This document shows, piece by piece, positions 26,576 through 37,686 of a stretch of 64,000 bases of DNA. Each line of letters opens with the position of its first letter. The stretch's first letter is position 1. The notes under the pieces were generated by a model. That model was not told the origin of the DNA and did not search any database. It saw only the letters and a program-made list of their open reading frames with translations. The DNA lies in the NCBI RefSeq assembly GCF_055900595.2, contig NZ_CM148325.1; one strand, given 5' to 3'. The position numbers were made by a program, and so were the translations under genes.

Positions 26576-28765
26576 ATGCTTTCAACACAATTTAACAGGG
26601 ATAATCAACATCAAACCACCTCCAAACCGTCACTGCTTGCCGCCTGCATAGCACTGGCACTCTTACCTTCCGCCGCTTTTGCTGCACCAGCCACTGAAGA
26701 AACGGTGATTGTTGAGGGTTCCGCCACTACTCCAGTTGATGACGAAAATGATTACAGCGTAACGTCTACCTCTGCGGGTACCAAAATGCAGATGACTCAA
26801 CGTGATATTCCTCAGTCGGTCACTATTGTTAGTCAGCAGCGGATGGAAGATCAGCAGTTACAAACGCTGGGCGAAGTGATGGAAAACACGCTGGGGATCA
26901 GCAAAAGTCAGGCGGATTCCGATCGTGCTCTTTATTATTCCCGCGGATTCCAGATCGATAACTATATGGTTGATGGTATCCCCACCTATTTTGAATCGCG
27001 CTGGAATCTGGGCGACGCACTTTCTGATATGGCACTGTTTGAACGCGTAGAAGTAGTGCGTGGCGCGACAGGACTCATGACCGGTACGGGTAATCCATCT
27101 GCGGCAATTAATATGGTTCGAAAACACGCGACCAGTCGTGAATTTAAAGGCGATGTCTCGGCAGAATACGGTAGCTGGAACAAAGAACGGTATGTGGCGG
27201 ATTTACAAAGTCCACTCACCGAAGATGGTAAAATCCGCGCGCGAATTGTCGGCGGCTACCAGAATAACGACTCATGGCTGGACCGCTACAACAGTGAAAA
27301 GACCTTCTTCTCCGGCATTGTTGATGCTGATTTAGGCGATCTTACGACGCTTTCAGCCGGTTACGAATATCAGCGCATTGATGTTAATAGCCCAACGTGG
27401 GGCGGTTTACCGCGCTGGAATACTGATGGCAGCAGCAACAGTTACGATCGCGCACGCAGTACCGCACCTGACTGGGCGTACAACGATAAAGAGATCAACA
27501 AGGTCTTTATGACCCTGAAGCAGCGGTTTGCTGATACCTGGCAAGCGACACTGAATGCCACCCACTCCGAAGTCGAATTTGACAGCAAAATGATGTATGT
27601 CGATGCCTATGTAAACAAAGCGGATGGTATGCTGGTTGGGCCATACAGTAATTATGGACCTGGCTTTGATTATGTCGGCGGCACCGGTTGGAACAGCGGC
27701 AAACGTAAAGTTGATGCGCTGGATTTGTTCGCTGACGGTAGTTATGAATTGTTTGGTCGTCAGCACAATCTCATGTTTGGTGGCAGTTACAGCAAACAAA
27801 ACAATCGTTACTTCAGTTCATGGGCCAACATCTTCCCGGATGAAATTGGCAGTTTCTACAACTTTAATGGCAATTTCCCACAAACCGACTGGTCACCACA
27901 GAATCTGGCGCAGGACGATACCACACATATGAAATCGTTATATGCTGCCACTCGTGTCACCCTTGCCGATCCGCTGCATCTGATCCTCGGCGCACGTTAT
28001 ACCAACTGGCGGGTTGATACGCTGACTTATAGCATGGAGAAAAACCACACCACGCCTTATGCTGGACTGGTGTTTGACATCAATGATAACTGGTCGACCT
28101 ACGCCAGCTATACCTCTATTTTCCAGCCGCAAAATGACCGTGACAGTTCAGGCAAATATCTGGCTCCAATCACCGGTAACAACTACGAGCTGGGTCTGAA
28201 ATCGGACTGGATGAATAGCCGTCTGACCACCACGTTAGCCATCTTCCGTATTGAGCAGGATAATGTCGCTCAGTCCACCGGTACACCTATCCCCGGCAGC
28301 AACGGCGAAACCGCCTATAAAGCGGTGGATGGGACAGTCAGTAAAGGTGTGGAATTTGAACTCAACGGCGCAATTACCGACAACTGGCAGCTGACGTTTG
28401 GCGCAACGCGCTATATTGCAGAAGATAACGAAGGAAACGCCGTTAATCCTAATCTGCCACGCACCACGGTTAAAATGTTCACCAGCTATCGGTTGCCTGT
28501 CATGGCAGAGTTGACGGTCGGCGGTGGTGTTAACTGGCAAAATCGCGTGTATACCGACACCGTGACACCGTATGGCACCTTCCGCGCCGAGCAAGGTAGC
28601 TACGCGCTGGTGGATCTCTTCACCCGCTACCAGGTGACGAAAAACTTCTCGTTACAGGGGAACGTCAATAACCTGTTCGACAAAACCTACGATACGAACG
28701 TGGAAGGTTCTATCGTCTACGGCGCACCGCGTAATTTCAGCATTACCGGCACGTATCAATTCTGA
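26576..28765 (+). CDS. fhuE: TonB-dependent outer-membrane receptor for coprogen/ferrioxamine B/rhodotorulic acid
   Basis: 729 aa; signal peptide, TonB box, terminal ...NFSITGTYQF aromatic C-terminus. Confidence 0.96.
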   Translation: MLSTQFNRDNQHQTTSKPSLLAACIALALLPSAAFAAPATEETVIVEGSATTPVDDENDYSVTSTSAGTKMQMTQRDIPQSVTIVSQQRMEDQQLQTLGEVMENTLGISKSQADSDRALYYSRGFQIDNYMVDGIPTYFESRWNLGDALSDMALFERVEVVRGATGLMTGTGNPSAAINMVRKHATSREFKGDVSAEYGSWNKERYVADLQSPLTEDGKIRARIVGGYQNNDSWLDRYNSEKTFFSGIVDADLGDLTTLSAGYEYQRIDVNSPTWGGLPRWNTDGSSNSYDRARSTAPDWAYNDKEINKVFMTLKQRFADTWQATLNATHSEVEFDSKMMYVDAYVNKADGMLVGPYSNYGPGFDYVGGTGWNSGKRKVDALDLFADGSYELFGRQHNLMFGGSYSKQNNRYFSSWANIFPDEIGSFYNFNGNFPQTDWSPQNLAQDDTTHMKSLYAATRVTLADPLHLILGARYTNWRVDTLTYSMEKNHTTPYAGLVFDINDNWSTYASYTSIFQPQNDRDSSGKYLAPITGNNYELGLKSDWMNSRLTTTLAIFRIEQDNVAQSTGTPIPGSNGETAYKAVDGTVSKGVEFELNGAITDNWQLTFGATRYIAEDNEGNAVNPNLPRTTVKMFTSYRLPVMAELTVGGGVNWQNRVYTDTVTPYGTFRAEQGSYALVDLFTRYQVTKNFSLQGNVNNLFDKTYDTNVEGSIVYGAPRNFSITGTYQF

Positions 28766-28785
28766 ATAACACCTGTAATAAATAT

Positions 28786-28809
28786 CCTCCGGCATAGCCG
28801 GAGGTTTTT
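28786..28809 (+). terminator. IS200 end hairpin with T-tract (cctccggc-ata-gccggagg-ttttt)
   Basis: Perfect 8-bp stem plus TTTTT inside the IS right end; would terminate fhuE read-through; copy B equivalent at 35617-35640. Confidence 0.5.
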
Positions 28810-28885
28810 CAAATGCGCCTGTAAGGCTCTGTTACCAGCCGCGCCCTAACAGGCGCATACGATCTGACATTTGCATTCAACTTCG

Positions 28886-29344
28886 TTACTTACGGCCCGT
28901 AAACGGGCTGCCCGGATATGGAATCGATAACTGCTCCCCCATTTTATCCTCTTCAAGCTGGTGCTTTATGTAGTCCTGTATCTTCGCCGTGTTCTTACCC
29001 ACCGTATCGACATAGTACCCTCGGCACCAGAACTCCCTGTTTCTGTATTTGAATTTCAAATCCCCAAACTGCTCGTAAAGCATCAGACTGCTTTTCCCTT
29101 TCAGATATCCCATAAAGCCGGATACGCTCATTTTGGGTGGGATTTCCACAAGCATATGGATATGATCTGCGCAGCACTCTGCTTCCAGAATCCGTACGCT
29201 TTTCCACTCACACAGCTTTCTCAAAATACTGCCTATCGCCCTACGCTTCTCTCCGTAAAACGCCAGTCTTCGGTATTTCGGCGCAAAAACTATGTGATAT
29301 TTACAGTTCCAGCGGGTGTGCGCTAAGCTCTTTTCGTCCCCCAT
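28886..29344 (-). CDS. tnpA: IS200 transposase TnpA (Y1 HUH family)
   Basis: ORF 28886..29395; ATG at 29344 gives MGDEKSLAHTRWNCKYHIVFAPKYRR...HIHMLV (HUH)...CRGYYVDTVG (catalytic Tyr), ~152 aa. Confidence 0.92.
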   Translation of the reverse strand: MGDEKSLAHTRWNCKYHIVFAPKYRRLAFYGEKRRAIGSILRKLCEWKSVRILEAECCADHIHMLVEIPPKMSVSGFMGYLKGKSSLMLYEQFGDLKFKYRNREFWCRGYYVDTVGKNTAKIQDYIKHQLEEDKMGEQLSIPYPGSPFTGRK

Positions 29345-29420
29345 TGGGACCCCCTTTTGATTTCTTGTTTGACACTTGCAGTTGCCAGACCGCAAGGTGT
29401 TTTAACAAATCAAAAGGGGT
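29345..29420 (-). promoter_or_regulatory. IS200 tnpA 5' leader stem-loop that occludes the ribosome-binding site
   Basis: In tnpA sense, ccccuuuugauu pairs with aaucaaaagggg, which covers the SD immediately upstream of the ATG; described for Salmonella IS200. Confidence 0.55.
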
Positions 29421-29456
29421 TTTAATAACTGGCTCAAAGCTGAAAGCTTTCCGGAA

Positions 29457-29480
29457 CCCCCAGCCTAGCTGGGGGTTTTC
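29457..29480. terminator. IS200 left-end perfect hairpin (ccccc-agcctagct-ggggg)
   Basis: Perfect palindrome followed by tttt on the plus strand; IS200 ends carry hairpins that block impinging transcription. Confidence 0.5.
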
Positions 29481-29489
29481 TGTGCACAA

Positions 29490-29512
29490 AAAAGGCAGCC
29501 ATCTGGCTGCCT
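29490..29512 (-). terminator. ptsG rho-independent terminator
   Basis: In ptsG sense, ggcagccagatggctgcc followed by a T-run, then the IS200 end. Confidence 0.7.
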
Positions 29513-29535
29513 TAGTCTCCCCAACGTCTTACGGA

Positions 29536-30969
29536 TTAGTGGTTACGGATGTACTCATCCATCTCGGTTTTCAGGTTATCGGATTTAGTACCGAAAATCG
29601 CCTGAACACCAGAACCAGCAACCACTACGCCCGCTGCGCCCAGTTTCTTCAGGCCAGCCTGATCCACTTTAGACACATCAGCAACGCTGACGCGCAGACG
29701 GGTAATACATGCGTCGAGGTTAGTGATGTTTTCTTTACCACCAAACGCAGCAACCAGAGCCGGTGCCATTTCGCTGGTACCTGTCGCTTTTGCATCATCA
29801 GTCGCGTCTTCACGACCCGGCGTTTTCAGATCCAGTGCTTTAATCAGCACGCGGAAGATGGTGTAGTAAACAATTGCATAACCGATACCGACGATCGGGA
29901 ACAGCCACAGTTTGCTGCTGTTACCAGACAGAACGATGAAGTCGATCAGACCGTGCGAGAACGACGTACCGTCACGCATCCCCAGAAGAATACAGATTGG
30001 GAATGCCAGGCCTGCCAGAATCGCGTGGATGATGTACAGGATAGGCGCAACGAACATGAAGGAGAACTCGATCGGCTCGGTGATACCGGTCAGGAACGAG
30101 GTCAGCGCCGCGGAGATCATGATACCGCCCACTTTCGCGCGGTTTTCCGGTTTAGCAGAGTGCCAGATAGCAATTGCGGCAGCTGGCAGACCGTACATTT
30201 TGAACAGGAAGCCGCCAGACAGTTTACCCGCAGTCGGGTCACCCGCCATATAACGCGGAATGTCGCCGTGGAAAACCTGACCTGCAGCGTTGGTGTATTC
30301 ACCAATCTGCATCTGGAAAGGTACGTTCCAGATGTGGTGCAGACCAAACGGTACCAGGCAACGTTCGATGAAACCGTAAATGCCAAACGCAACTACCGGG
30401 TTCTGGTAAGCAGCCCACTGAGAGAAGGTCTGGATTGCAGAACCAATAGGCGGCCAAATGAAGGACAGCACAACGCCAGTAAATATGGCAGCCAGGCCTG
30501 AAATGATCGGCACAAAGCGTTTACCGGCAAAGAAGCCAAGATACTCAGGCAGCTTAATACGGTAGAAACGGTTAAACATGTACGCTGCGATCGCACCGGA
30601 GATGATCCCCCCGAGTACGCCAGTATCCGCCAGGTGTTTAGAGGCGATTTCTTCAGCAGGTAAATGCAGTACCAGTGGCGCAACCACGGCCATGGTTTTA
30701 ACCATGATGCCATAGGCAACAACTGCGGCCAGCGCGGATACGCCATCGTTATTGGTAAAGCCGAGGGCGACACCGATCGCAAAAATCAGTGGCATGTTTG
30801 CAAAGACGGAACCGCCTGCTTCTGCCATAACATGCGATACAACGGCGGGCAGCCAGCTGAAATTCGCGGAACCGACGCCCAGCAGAATACCTGCGATAGG
30901 CAGTACGGATACCGGCAGCATCAGCGATTTACCGACCTTTTGCAGGTTAGCAAATGCATTCTTAAACAT
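29536..30969 (-). CDS. ptsG: Glucose-specific PTS enzyme IICB
   Basis: 477 aa, [33 protein letters not shown]...; EIIB Cys motif in the C-terminal domain. Confidence 0.97.
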
Positions 30970-31130
30970 AATTGAGAGTGCTCCTGAGTATGGGTGCTTT
31001 TTTTACGTTCTCACGCGTGGCAAGGGGGGAGAGCCTCGCCGTGTACAGGGCATCTAAGCGCCCTTTATTTATTACACAGAGTAAAATAATTCAGTGCCGA
31101 TTTGTTTGACGGCTATCACGTTTCAACTTC
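30970..31130 (-). promoter_or_regulatory. ptsG promoter and 5' UTR (Mlc/CRP-controlled; SgrS target around the RBS)
   Basis: Established K-12 regulation; AT-rich region with TGTGA-like motifs upstream of the ptsG ATG; exact sites not mapped here. Confidence 0.4.
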
Positions 31131-31263
31131 AGATCATTGGAGAAGTTGCACATTTTGACAAAACATATGTCACAATATTTCAAACGTGGTTATTCACCGC
31201 CCAATTTTCGGCGGTGAACTTTACTCGTTTTAGCCATTAATTACGAGCTTTAAAAAAACTCAT

Positions 31264-32061
31264 TCAACGGATGGATTGAAGGCGGGAAGCGTCGATGTGA
31301 AACAGACGGGCGAAGTTATCGGTGGTTACCTGCGCCAGTTCTTCAACGGCAACACCTTTCAACACAGCCATGTATTCTGCAACGTCACGAACCATCGCAG
31401 GTTGATTCTCTTTTCCTCGATGCGGAACCGGTGCAAGGTAAGGTGAGTCAGTTTCTACCAGTAACCGATCGAGGGGGACATAACGCGCGGCATCGCGCAG
31501 TTGCTCCGCATTACGGAAAGTCACAATGCCGGAAAAGGAGATGTAAAATCCGAGATCCAGTAATTTACCCGCCGTTTCTCTGTCCTCTGTAAAACAGTGT
31601 AGTACGCCACCGCAATCCGTCACTTTTTCTTCGCGCAGAATTGCCAGCGTATCGGCGCGGGCGTCACGGGTGTGGACGATAACCGGCTTGTTCAGTTCAC
31701 GACCAATCTGGATATGATGGATGAAGGACTCTTGCTGCCGTACTTTAGTTTCCGGCGTGTAATAATAATCCAACCCGGTTTCACCCAGCGCAACAACGCC
31801 CTCTTCTGCCGCCAGACGGCGTAAATCTTCTACATCGTAGGGATCATTCTGGTTGAGTGGATGCACGCCACAAGAAAATACGACGTTGTCACGTTCGCCT
31901 ACCAGATCCCGCATGTGTAAATAACCCGGTAATGTTGTGGCGACTGCCAGACAAAATTTCACATCGCGTGCGGCGGCTTTCGCCAGAACGTCATCCACGT
32001 CCTTATGCAAAGATTCATAATCCAGACCATCGAGATGGCAGTGTGAGTCGACTAAAAACAT
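31264..32061 (-). CDS. ycfH: TatD-family metal-dependent deoxyribonuclease YcfH
   Basis: ORF 31264..32121; ATG at 32061 gives [11 protein letters not shown]... 265 aa. Confidence 0.93.
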
Positions 32062-32071
32062 GATGTCTCTC

Positions 32072-33076
32072 TTAAAGATGAGGAACCGGTAGCACAACGC
32101 CCGGTTGCAGGTAATGCTCAATACGCAGTAAAAGATCGGTGATGAGAAGCTCTCGGTTAATACCTGTGACAGACATTAACTGTTCACGAATGTGGCAAAC
32201 ATCCCCCAGTATAGCCTGCAGACGCGAGGGAGAAAGATGGTTTGCCAGTTCGACGACCAGGCCCGGCACATCAACATTGGTAACCTGCGCAGCGCCATGA
32301 TGGCGTTTTAGCGCATCCATCAGCAACGTTGCCAGCCAGTGTAAACGCGCCGGAGCTTGTTCATGATTAAGGGCCGCTAGCAGCGAATACCAGTCGCCCG
32401 ATTGCACGCTATATGCCAGCGCCTGACACAATGTTTCACGAGCCTGCCAGATATCTCCCTGAAACAACGCCAGTGCCGCACCAGGCGAACCGGCGCTTAA
32501 GCGCAATGCGGCAAGTAATGCATCCTGTGACATTGTCACTTCGCGTGAAAGCCAGGTCACGGCGTACTGTTCCGGCGGCGGCGCAAGGTAATGTAACCGA
32601 CAACGACTACGTAATGTTGCCAGTAAACGTTCAGGCTCGCGGGTAGCAAGGAAAAACCAGGTTTCTGCTGGCGGCTCTTCAAGCGTTTTCAGCAATGCGT
32701 TAGCCGCGGCGTCAGTCAGTAAGGCAGCATCGGTTACCCAGACAACTTTCGCACCACCTAAGCGTGCGTGCTCATTTAACTTTTCGGTGACTTCACGTAC
32801 CGCATCAATGCCCAGCGCATTTTTCCCTTTTTCGGGAGCCAGGGTGTAATAATCGGGATGCGTGCCAGCCTGCATCAACTGACATCCACGACAGTGACCG
32901 CAACTTTTGTGGCCCTGCGGTTGTTGGCAGAGTAAATAACGGCTCAGGGCGTAGATTAAAGCATCCTCGCCCATACCCGGTAACGCCTGAATGAGTAGCG
33001 CATGGTGACCTCTTCCGGCCTGATAGCTGGCTACCAGTTTTTCGAAATCAGGTCGTAACCATGGATACCATCTCAT
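32072..33076 (-). CDS. holB: DNA polymerase III delta-prime subunit
   Basis: ORF to 33097; ATG at 33076 gives [15 protein letters not shown]... 334 aa; Zn-module Cys cluster CGHCRGC. Confidence 0.95.
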   Translation of the reverse strand: MRWYPWLRPDFEKLVASYQAGRGHHALLIQALPGMGEDALIYALSRYLLCQQPQGHKSCGHCRGCQLMQAGTHPDYYTLAPEKGKNALGIDAVREVTEKLNEHARLGGAKVVWVTDAALLTDAAANALLKTLEEPPAETWFFLATREPERLLATLRSRCRLHYLAPPPEQYAVTWLSREVTMSQDALLAALRLSAGSPGAALALFQGDIWQARETLCQALAYSVQSGDWYSLLAALNHEQAPARLHWLATLLMDALKRHHGAAQVTNVDVPGLVVELANHLSPSRLQAILGDVCHIREQLMSVTGINRELLITDLLLRIEHYLQPGVVLPVPHL

Positions 33077-33714
33077 GCGTCCAACTCCTTCACCCAATTG
33101 GTCACGGTAGTGCGGATTGCATCCATCACGGACTCCAGCGGCTGGGTGGCATCAATGGTATGAATGCTTTTATCTTGTGCTGCCACTTCCAGATAGCGGG
33201 CGCGGGTGCGATTAAAGAAATCGAAAGACTCTTGCTCAATACGATCCAGCTCGCCGCGCGCACGCGCGCGTTTTAAGCCAACTTCCGGGGTAACATCGAG
33301 ATAGAGCGTTAAGTCGGGGCGAAAATCCCCGAGAACAGCATCACGCAATGTTGCCAGCATATGTTGGTCAATACCACGTCCGCCGCCCTGATACGCCTGA
33401 GTGGAGAGATCGTGGCGATCGCCAATCACCCAGGTGCCGTTAGTCAGCGCAGGTTTGATGACCGTTTCTACCAGTTGAACGCGCGCGGCATAAAACATCA
33501 GAACTTCGGCTTTATCGGTAATGACTTCATCGCCTACCGATTTGATATCCAGCACCAGGCTTCTTAACTTTTCGGCAAGTTGCGTACCGCCAGGTTCCCG
33601 AGTGAAAACCATGTCGCGGATACCCAGTTGCTCGAGCGTCTCAACCACCACGTTACGCGCGGTAGTTTTGCCTGCGCCTTCCAGCCCCTCAATGACGATA
33701 TACTTACTGCGCAT
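33073..33714 (-). CDS. tmk: Thymidylate kinase
   Basis: 213 aa, [18 protein letters not shown] (P-loop); stop overlaps holB start by 4 nt. Confidence 0.96.
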   Translation of the reverse strand: MRSKYIVIEGLEGAGKTTARNVVVETLEQLGIRDMVFTREPGGTQLAEKLRSLVLDIKSVGDEVITDKAEVLMFYAARVQLVETVIKPALTNGTWVIGDRHDLSTQAYQGGGRGIDQHMLATLRDAVLGDFRPDLTLYLDVTPEVGLKRARARGELDRIEQESFDFFNRTRARYLEVAAQDKSIHTIDATQPLESVMDAIRTTVTNWVKELDA

Positions 33715-34726
33715 TTTTTTCCTTAAGCACTTTCAGATAATCCTGCACAGACTTGTTATGACTGGCAAGATTGGTATTAAACGTGTGACCACCTTTACCA
33801 TCGGCCACAAAATAGAGATACGGCGTTTTTGCCGGATGCGCAGCAGCCTTCAGCGAATCCGCCCCCGGCGTCGCTATCGCACCTGGCGGCAAACCGGTAA
33901 TGGTATAGGTGTTATACGCTGTCGGCGTTTCCAGGTCTGCACGAGAAAGTTTGCCATTATAACGCTCTCCCATCCCGTAAATCACGGTCGGGTCGGTCTG
34001 CAGGCGCATACCAATGCGTAAACGGTTGATAAATACCGAGGCAACCTGATCGCGTTCGCTGGAAACGGCGGTTTCTTTTTCGATAATTGATGCCATCGTC
34101 ACCAACTGGTTTTTATCTTTATAAGGCAGACCGTCAGCACGCCCTTCCCAGGCGCTATCGACCGCTTTCACCATTTTCTTGTGTGCACGCTTGAGTAACG
34201 CGACATCTGTGGTATTAGCGGTATACATCCAGGTGTCTGGCCAGAACCAACCTTCAATCCACTCCGGGTTTTCCAGTTCAAGTGCCTGCGCTACGGTGGC
34301 GTACTTATCGTCGCTCAGCGTGTGCTTGATATACGGGGCCTCACGCAATTGCTTGAGGTAATCGCTCAAACGCATCCCTTCTACCAGTCGCAGAGGGAAC
34401 TGTGCTTCTTTACCGCTTTCCAGCAATTTCAGCATCTCACGTACGGTCATCTGCGGTGTAAAGCGGTAAGTCCCGGCTTTAAAGTGAGAAAGATCCGGTT
34501 CGATACGCAGCAGCCATTGAAAAACCCGTGGGCGATTGATGATCTTATCGGCGTAAAGCTGTTCACCGAGCGCCAGACGTCCGGTCCCTGGCTTCAGGGT
34601 AAATATCGTCTCTTCTTTGATAAGCAATTTGCTGTCGGCAAGATGGCGAACCTTCCAGACGCCCACACCAGCGGCGATACCCAGTACCACCAGCAATAAC
34701 AAGATAATCAATAACACTTTTTTCAT
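33704..34726 (-). CDS. mltG: Endolytic murein transglycosylase MltG (YceG)
   Basis: 340 aa with N-terminal TM helix ([24 protein letters not shown]). Confidence 0.94.
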   Translation of the reverse strand: MKKVLLIILLLLVVLGIAAGVGVWKVRHLADSKLLIKEETIFTLKPGTGRLALGEQLYADKIINRPRVFQWLLRIEPDLSHFKAGTYRFTPQMTVREMLKLLESGKEAQFPLRLVEGMRLSDYLKQLREAPYIKHTLSDDKYATVAQALELENPEWIEGWFWPDTWMYTANTTDVALLKRAHKKMVKAVDSAWEGRADGLPYKDKNQLVTMASIIEKETAVSSERDQVASVFINRLRIGMRLQTDPTVIYGMGERYNGKLSRADLETPTAYNTYTITGLPPGAIATPGADSLKAAAHPAKTPYLYFVADGKGGHTFNTNLASHNKSVQDYLKVLKEKNAQ

Positions 34727-34728
34727 GA

Positions 34729-35538
34729 CTAATTCGGGCGCTCACAAAGTGGGGCTAAATATTCATATAACGTTGCTGACGAAAAGGAGACATCGCCACA
34801 GGCACGTACGGGCATCACTGGCATTAACGCATTACAAATAACCATCTCATCTGCCTGCAACGCCTCTTCCAGAGTGGCTTGCACTTCGACAAGCTGATAA
34901 GAGGATTGTGCCAGTAAACGGATACAGAATTGTCGCATAATGCCGTTAACACCTGCCTGCTCTAGTCGCGGCGTATAAACTACATTGCCCTTCCGCCAGA
35001 ACAAATTAGCCGCACAGCATTCCGTAACCCACCCTTCGCTGTCAAGGACCAGCGCCTCATCAGCGTTTGTCTGCTCAAGATGAGAGCGGATCAATACTTG
35101 TTCAAGCCGATTAAGATGTTTAATACCTGCAAGATGAGGATTGCGCCCCAGCCGCACCGGGCTTAGCGCCAACATCATCCCCTCGTTACGCAAACGATCG
35201 TAATGTGCAGGATAAGCCGTAACGGAGAGAATCCGCGTTGCCGGTCCGCTGTTCAATGTGCTGTACCCTCGCCCGCCACTACCGCGACTGATCACGACCT
35301 TCAGCACACCATTCTGCTGTTCTGCTGCCAGCGTTTTCATCTCTTGTTCAAGCTGAGGCCAGAAGTCACAGGAAATCATCAACCGCTGACAAGCATCCTG
35401 TAGTCGCTGGATATGTGCCGATAACAAACTGACTTTACCGTCGATAACTCTGGCGGTGGTAAAACAACCATCACCAAACTGCGTTGCTCGATCGCTTACT
35501 GCCAGCGATTCCTGCTTATGACCGTTAATTAAGAACAT
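34729..35538 (-). CDS. pabC: Aminodeoxychorismate lyase
   Basis: 269 aa, [31 protein letters not shown]...; PLP fold-type IV. Confidence 0.95.
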   Translation of the reverse strand: MFLINGHKQESLAVSDRATQFGDGCFTTARVIDGKVSLLSAHIQRLQDACQRLMISCDFWPQLEQEMKTLAAEQQNGVLKVVISRGSGGRGYSTLNSGPATRILSVTAYPAHYDRLRNEGMMLALSPVRLGRNPHLAGIKHLNRLEQVLIRSHLEQTNADEALVLDSEGWVTECCAANLFWRKGNVVYTPRLEQAGVNGIMRQFCIRLLAQSSYQLVEVQATLEEALQADEMVICNALMPVMPVRACGDVSFSSATLYEYLAPLCERPN

Positions 35539-35606
35539 ACCGGCTCCTTATCAGAGAATTGTTAGTGTGGCAGCATGTTCACTACAGAACAAGTCGGAAT
35601 AAAAGC

Positions 35607-36320
35607 TAATAAATATCCTCCGGCATAGCCGGAGGTTTTTCAAATGCGCCTGTAAGGCTCTGTTACCAGCCGCGCCCTAACAGGCGCATACGATCTGACA
35701 TTTGCATTCAACTTCGTTACTTACGGCCCGTAAACGGGCTGCCCGGATATGGAATCGATAACTGCTCCCCCATTTTATCCTCTTCAAGCTGGTGCTTTAT
35801 GTAGTCCTGTATCTTCGCCGTGTTCTTACCCACCGTATCGACATAGTACCCTCGGCACCAGAACTCCCTGTTTCTGTATTTGAATTTCAAATCCCCAAAC
35901 TGCTCGTAAAGCATCAGACTGCTTTTCCCTTTCAGATATCCCATAAAGCCGGATACGCTCATTTTGGGTGGGATTTCCACAAGCATATGGATATGATCTG
36001 CGCAGCACTCTGCTTCCAGAATCCGTACGCTTTTCCACTCACACAGCTTTCTCAAAATACTGCCTATCGCCCTACGCTTCTCTCCGTAAAACGCCAGTCT
36101 TCGGTATTTCGGCGCAAAAACTATGTGATATTTACAGTTCCAGCGGGTGTGCGCTAAGCTCTTTTCGTCCCCCATTGGGACCCCCTTTTGATTTCTTGTT
36201 TGACACTTGCAGTTGCCAGACCGCAAGGTGTTTTAACAAATCAAAAGGGGTTTTAATAACTGGCTCAAAGCTGAAAGCTTTCCGGAACCCCCAGCCTAGC
36301 TGGGGGTTTTCTGTGCACAA
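35607..36320 (-). mobile_element. IS200-family insertion sequence, copy B (714 bp), same orientation as copy A
   Basis: Matches 28776-29489; flanks diverge at 35606/28775 and 36321/29490. Confidence 0.9.
35717..36175 (-). CDS. tnpA: IS200 transposase TnpA (Y1 HUH family), copy B
   Basis: Protein identical to copy A; same RBS-occluding stem-loop at 36176-36251. Confidence 0.92.
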   Translation of the reverse strand: MGDEKSLAHTRWNCKYHIVFAPKYRRLAFYGEKRRAIGSILRKLCEWKSVRILEAECCADHIHMLVEIPPKMSVSGFMGYLKGKSSLMLYEQFGDLKFKYRNREFWCRGYYVDTVGKNTAKIQDYIKHQLEEDKMGEQLSIPYPGSPFTGRK

Positions 36321-36347
36321 GAAAAAAGGCCCGCAAGCGGACCTTTT
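36321..36347 (-). terminator. fabF rho-independent terminator
   Basis: In fabF sense, ggtccgc-ttgc-gggcc followed by ttttttc, then IS200 copy B. Confidence 0.65.
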
Positions 36348-36368
36348 ATAAGGGTGGGAAATGACAAC

Positions 36369-37640
<1,272 letters not shown>

Positions 37641-37647
37641 CTAGTGG

Positions 37648-37686
37648 GACAAAAAGATAAAACTCAGGCGGTCGAACGACCGCCTG
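37648..37686 (-). terminator. Stem-loop downstream of acpP (partial terminator/attenuator before fabF)
   Basis: caggcggtcgttcgaccgcctg stem followed by T-rich tract in acpP sense. Confidence 0.5.

Larger units (their letters stand above)
28776..29489 (-). mobile_element. IS200-family insertion sequence, copy A (714 bp)
   Basis: Matches the second copy at 35607-36320 (offset 6831); all embedded ORF translations identical and both ends read identically; encodes a Y1/HUH transposase; no terminal inverted repeats, end hairpins typical of IS200. Confidence 0.9.

Noticed and set aside
28961-29326. 121-aa plus-strand ORF inside IS200 (also 35792..36157)
   Set aside because: Fully antisense to tnpA; IS200 is a single-gene element and the product has no recognisable features.
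29345-29395. 17-codon in-frame N-terminal extension of tnpA (MRSGNCKCQTRNQKGVP...)
   Set aside because: The upstream start lies inside the leader stem-loop; the canonical IS200 TnpA begins at MGDEKSLAH with an SD-like aaggggg directly upstream.
29137-30501. 454-aa ORF on the plus strand running from inside IS200 copy A through most of ptsG
   Set aside because: Entirely antisense to the IS200 end and to ptsG, whose identification is strong. Its first ~120 codons are duplicated in copy B, where the ORF stops soon after the IS end, so it is a chance open frame created by the insertion.
28776-36320. IS200-bounded segment considered as a composite transposon carrying accessory cargo
   Set aside because: The enclosed genes are conserved core genes in their normal order; IS200-family elements move by a single-strand mechanism that does not mobilise flanked DNA like classical composite transposons. 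Retained only as a recombination substrate (see findings).
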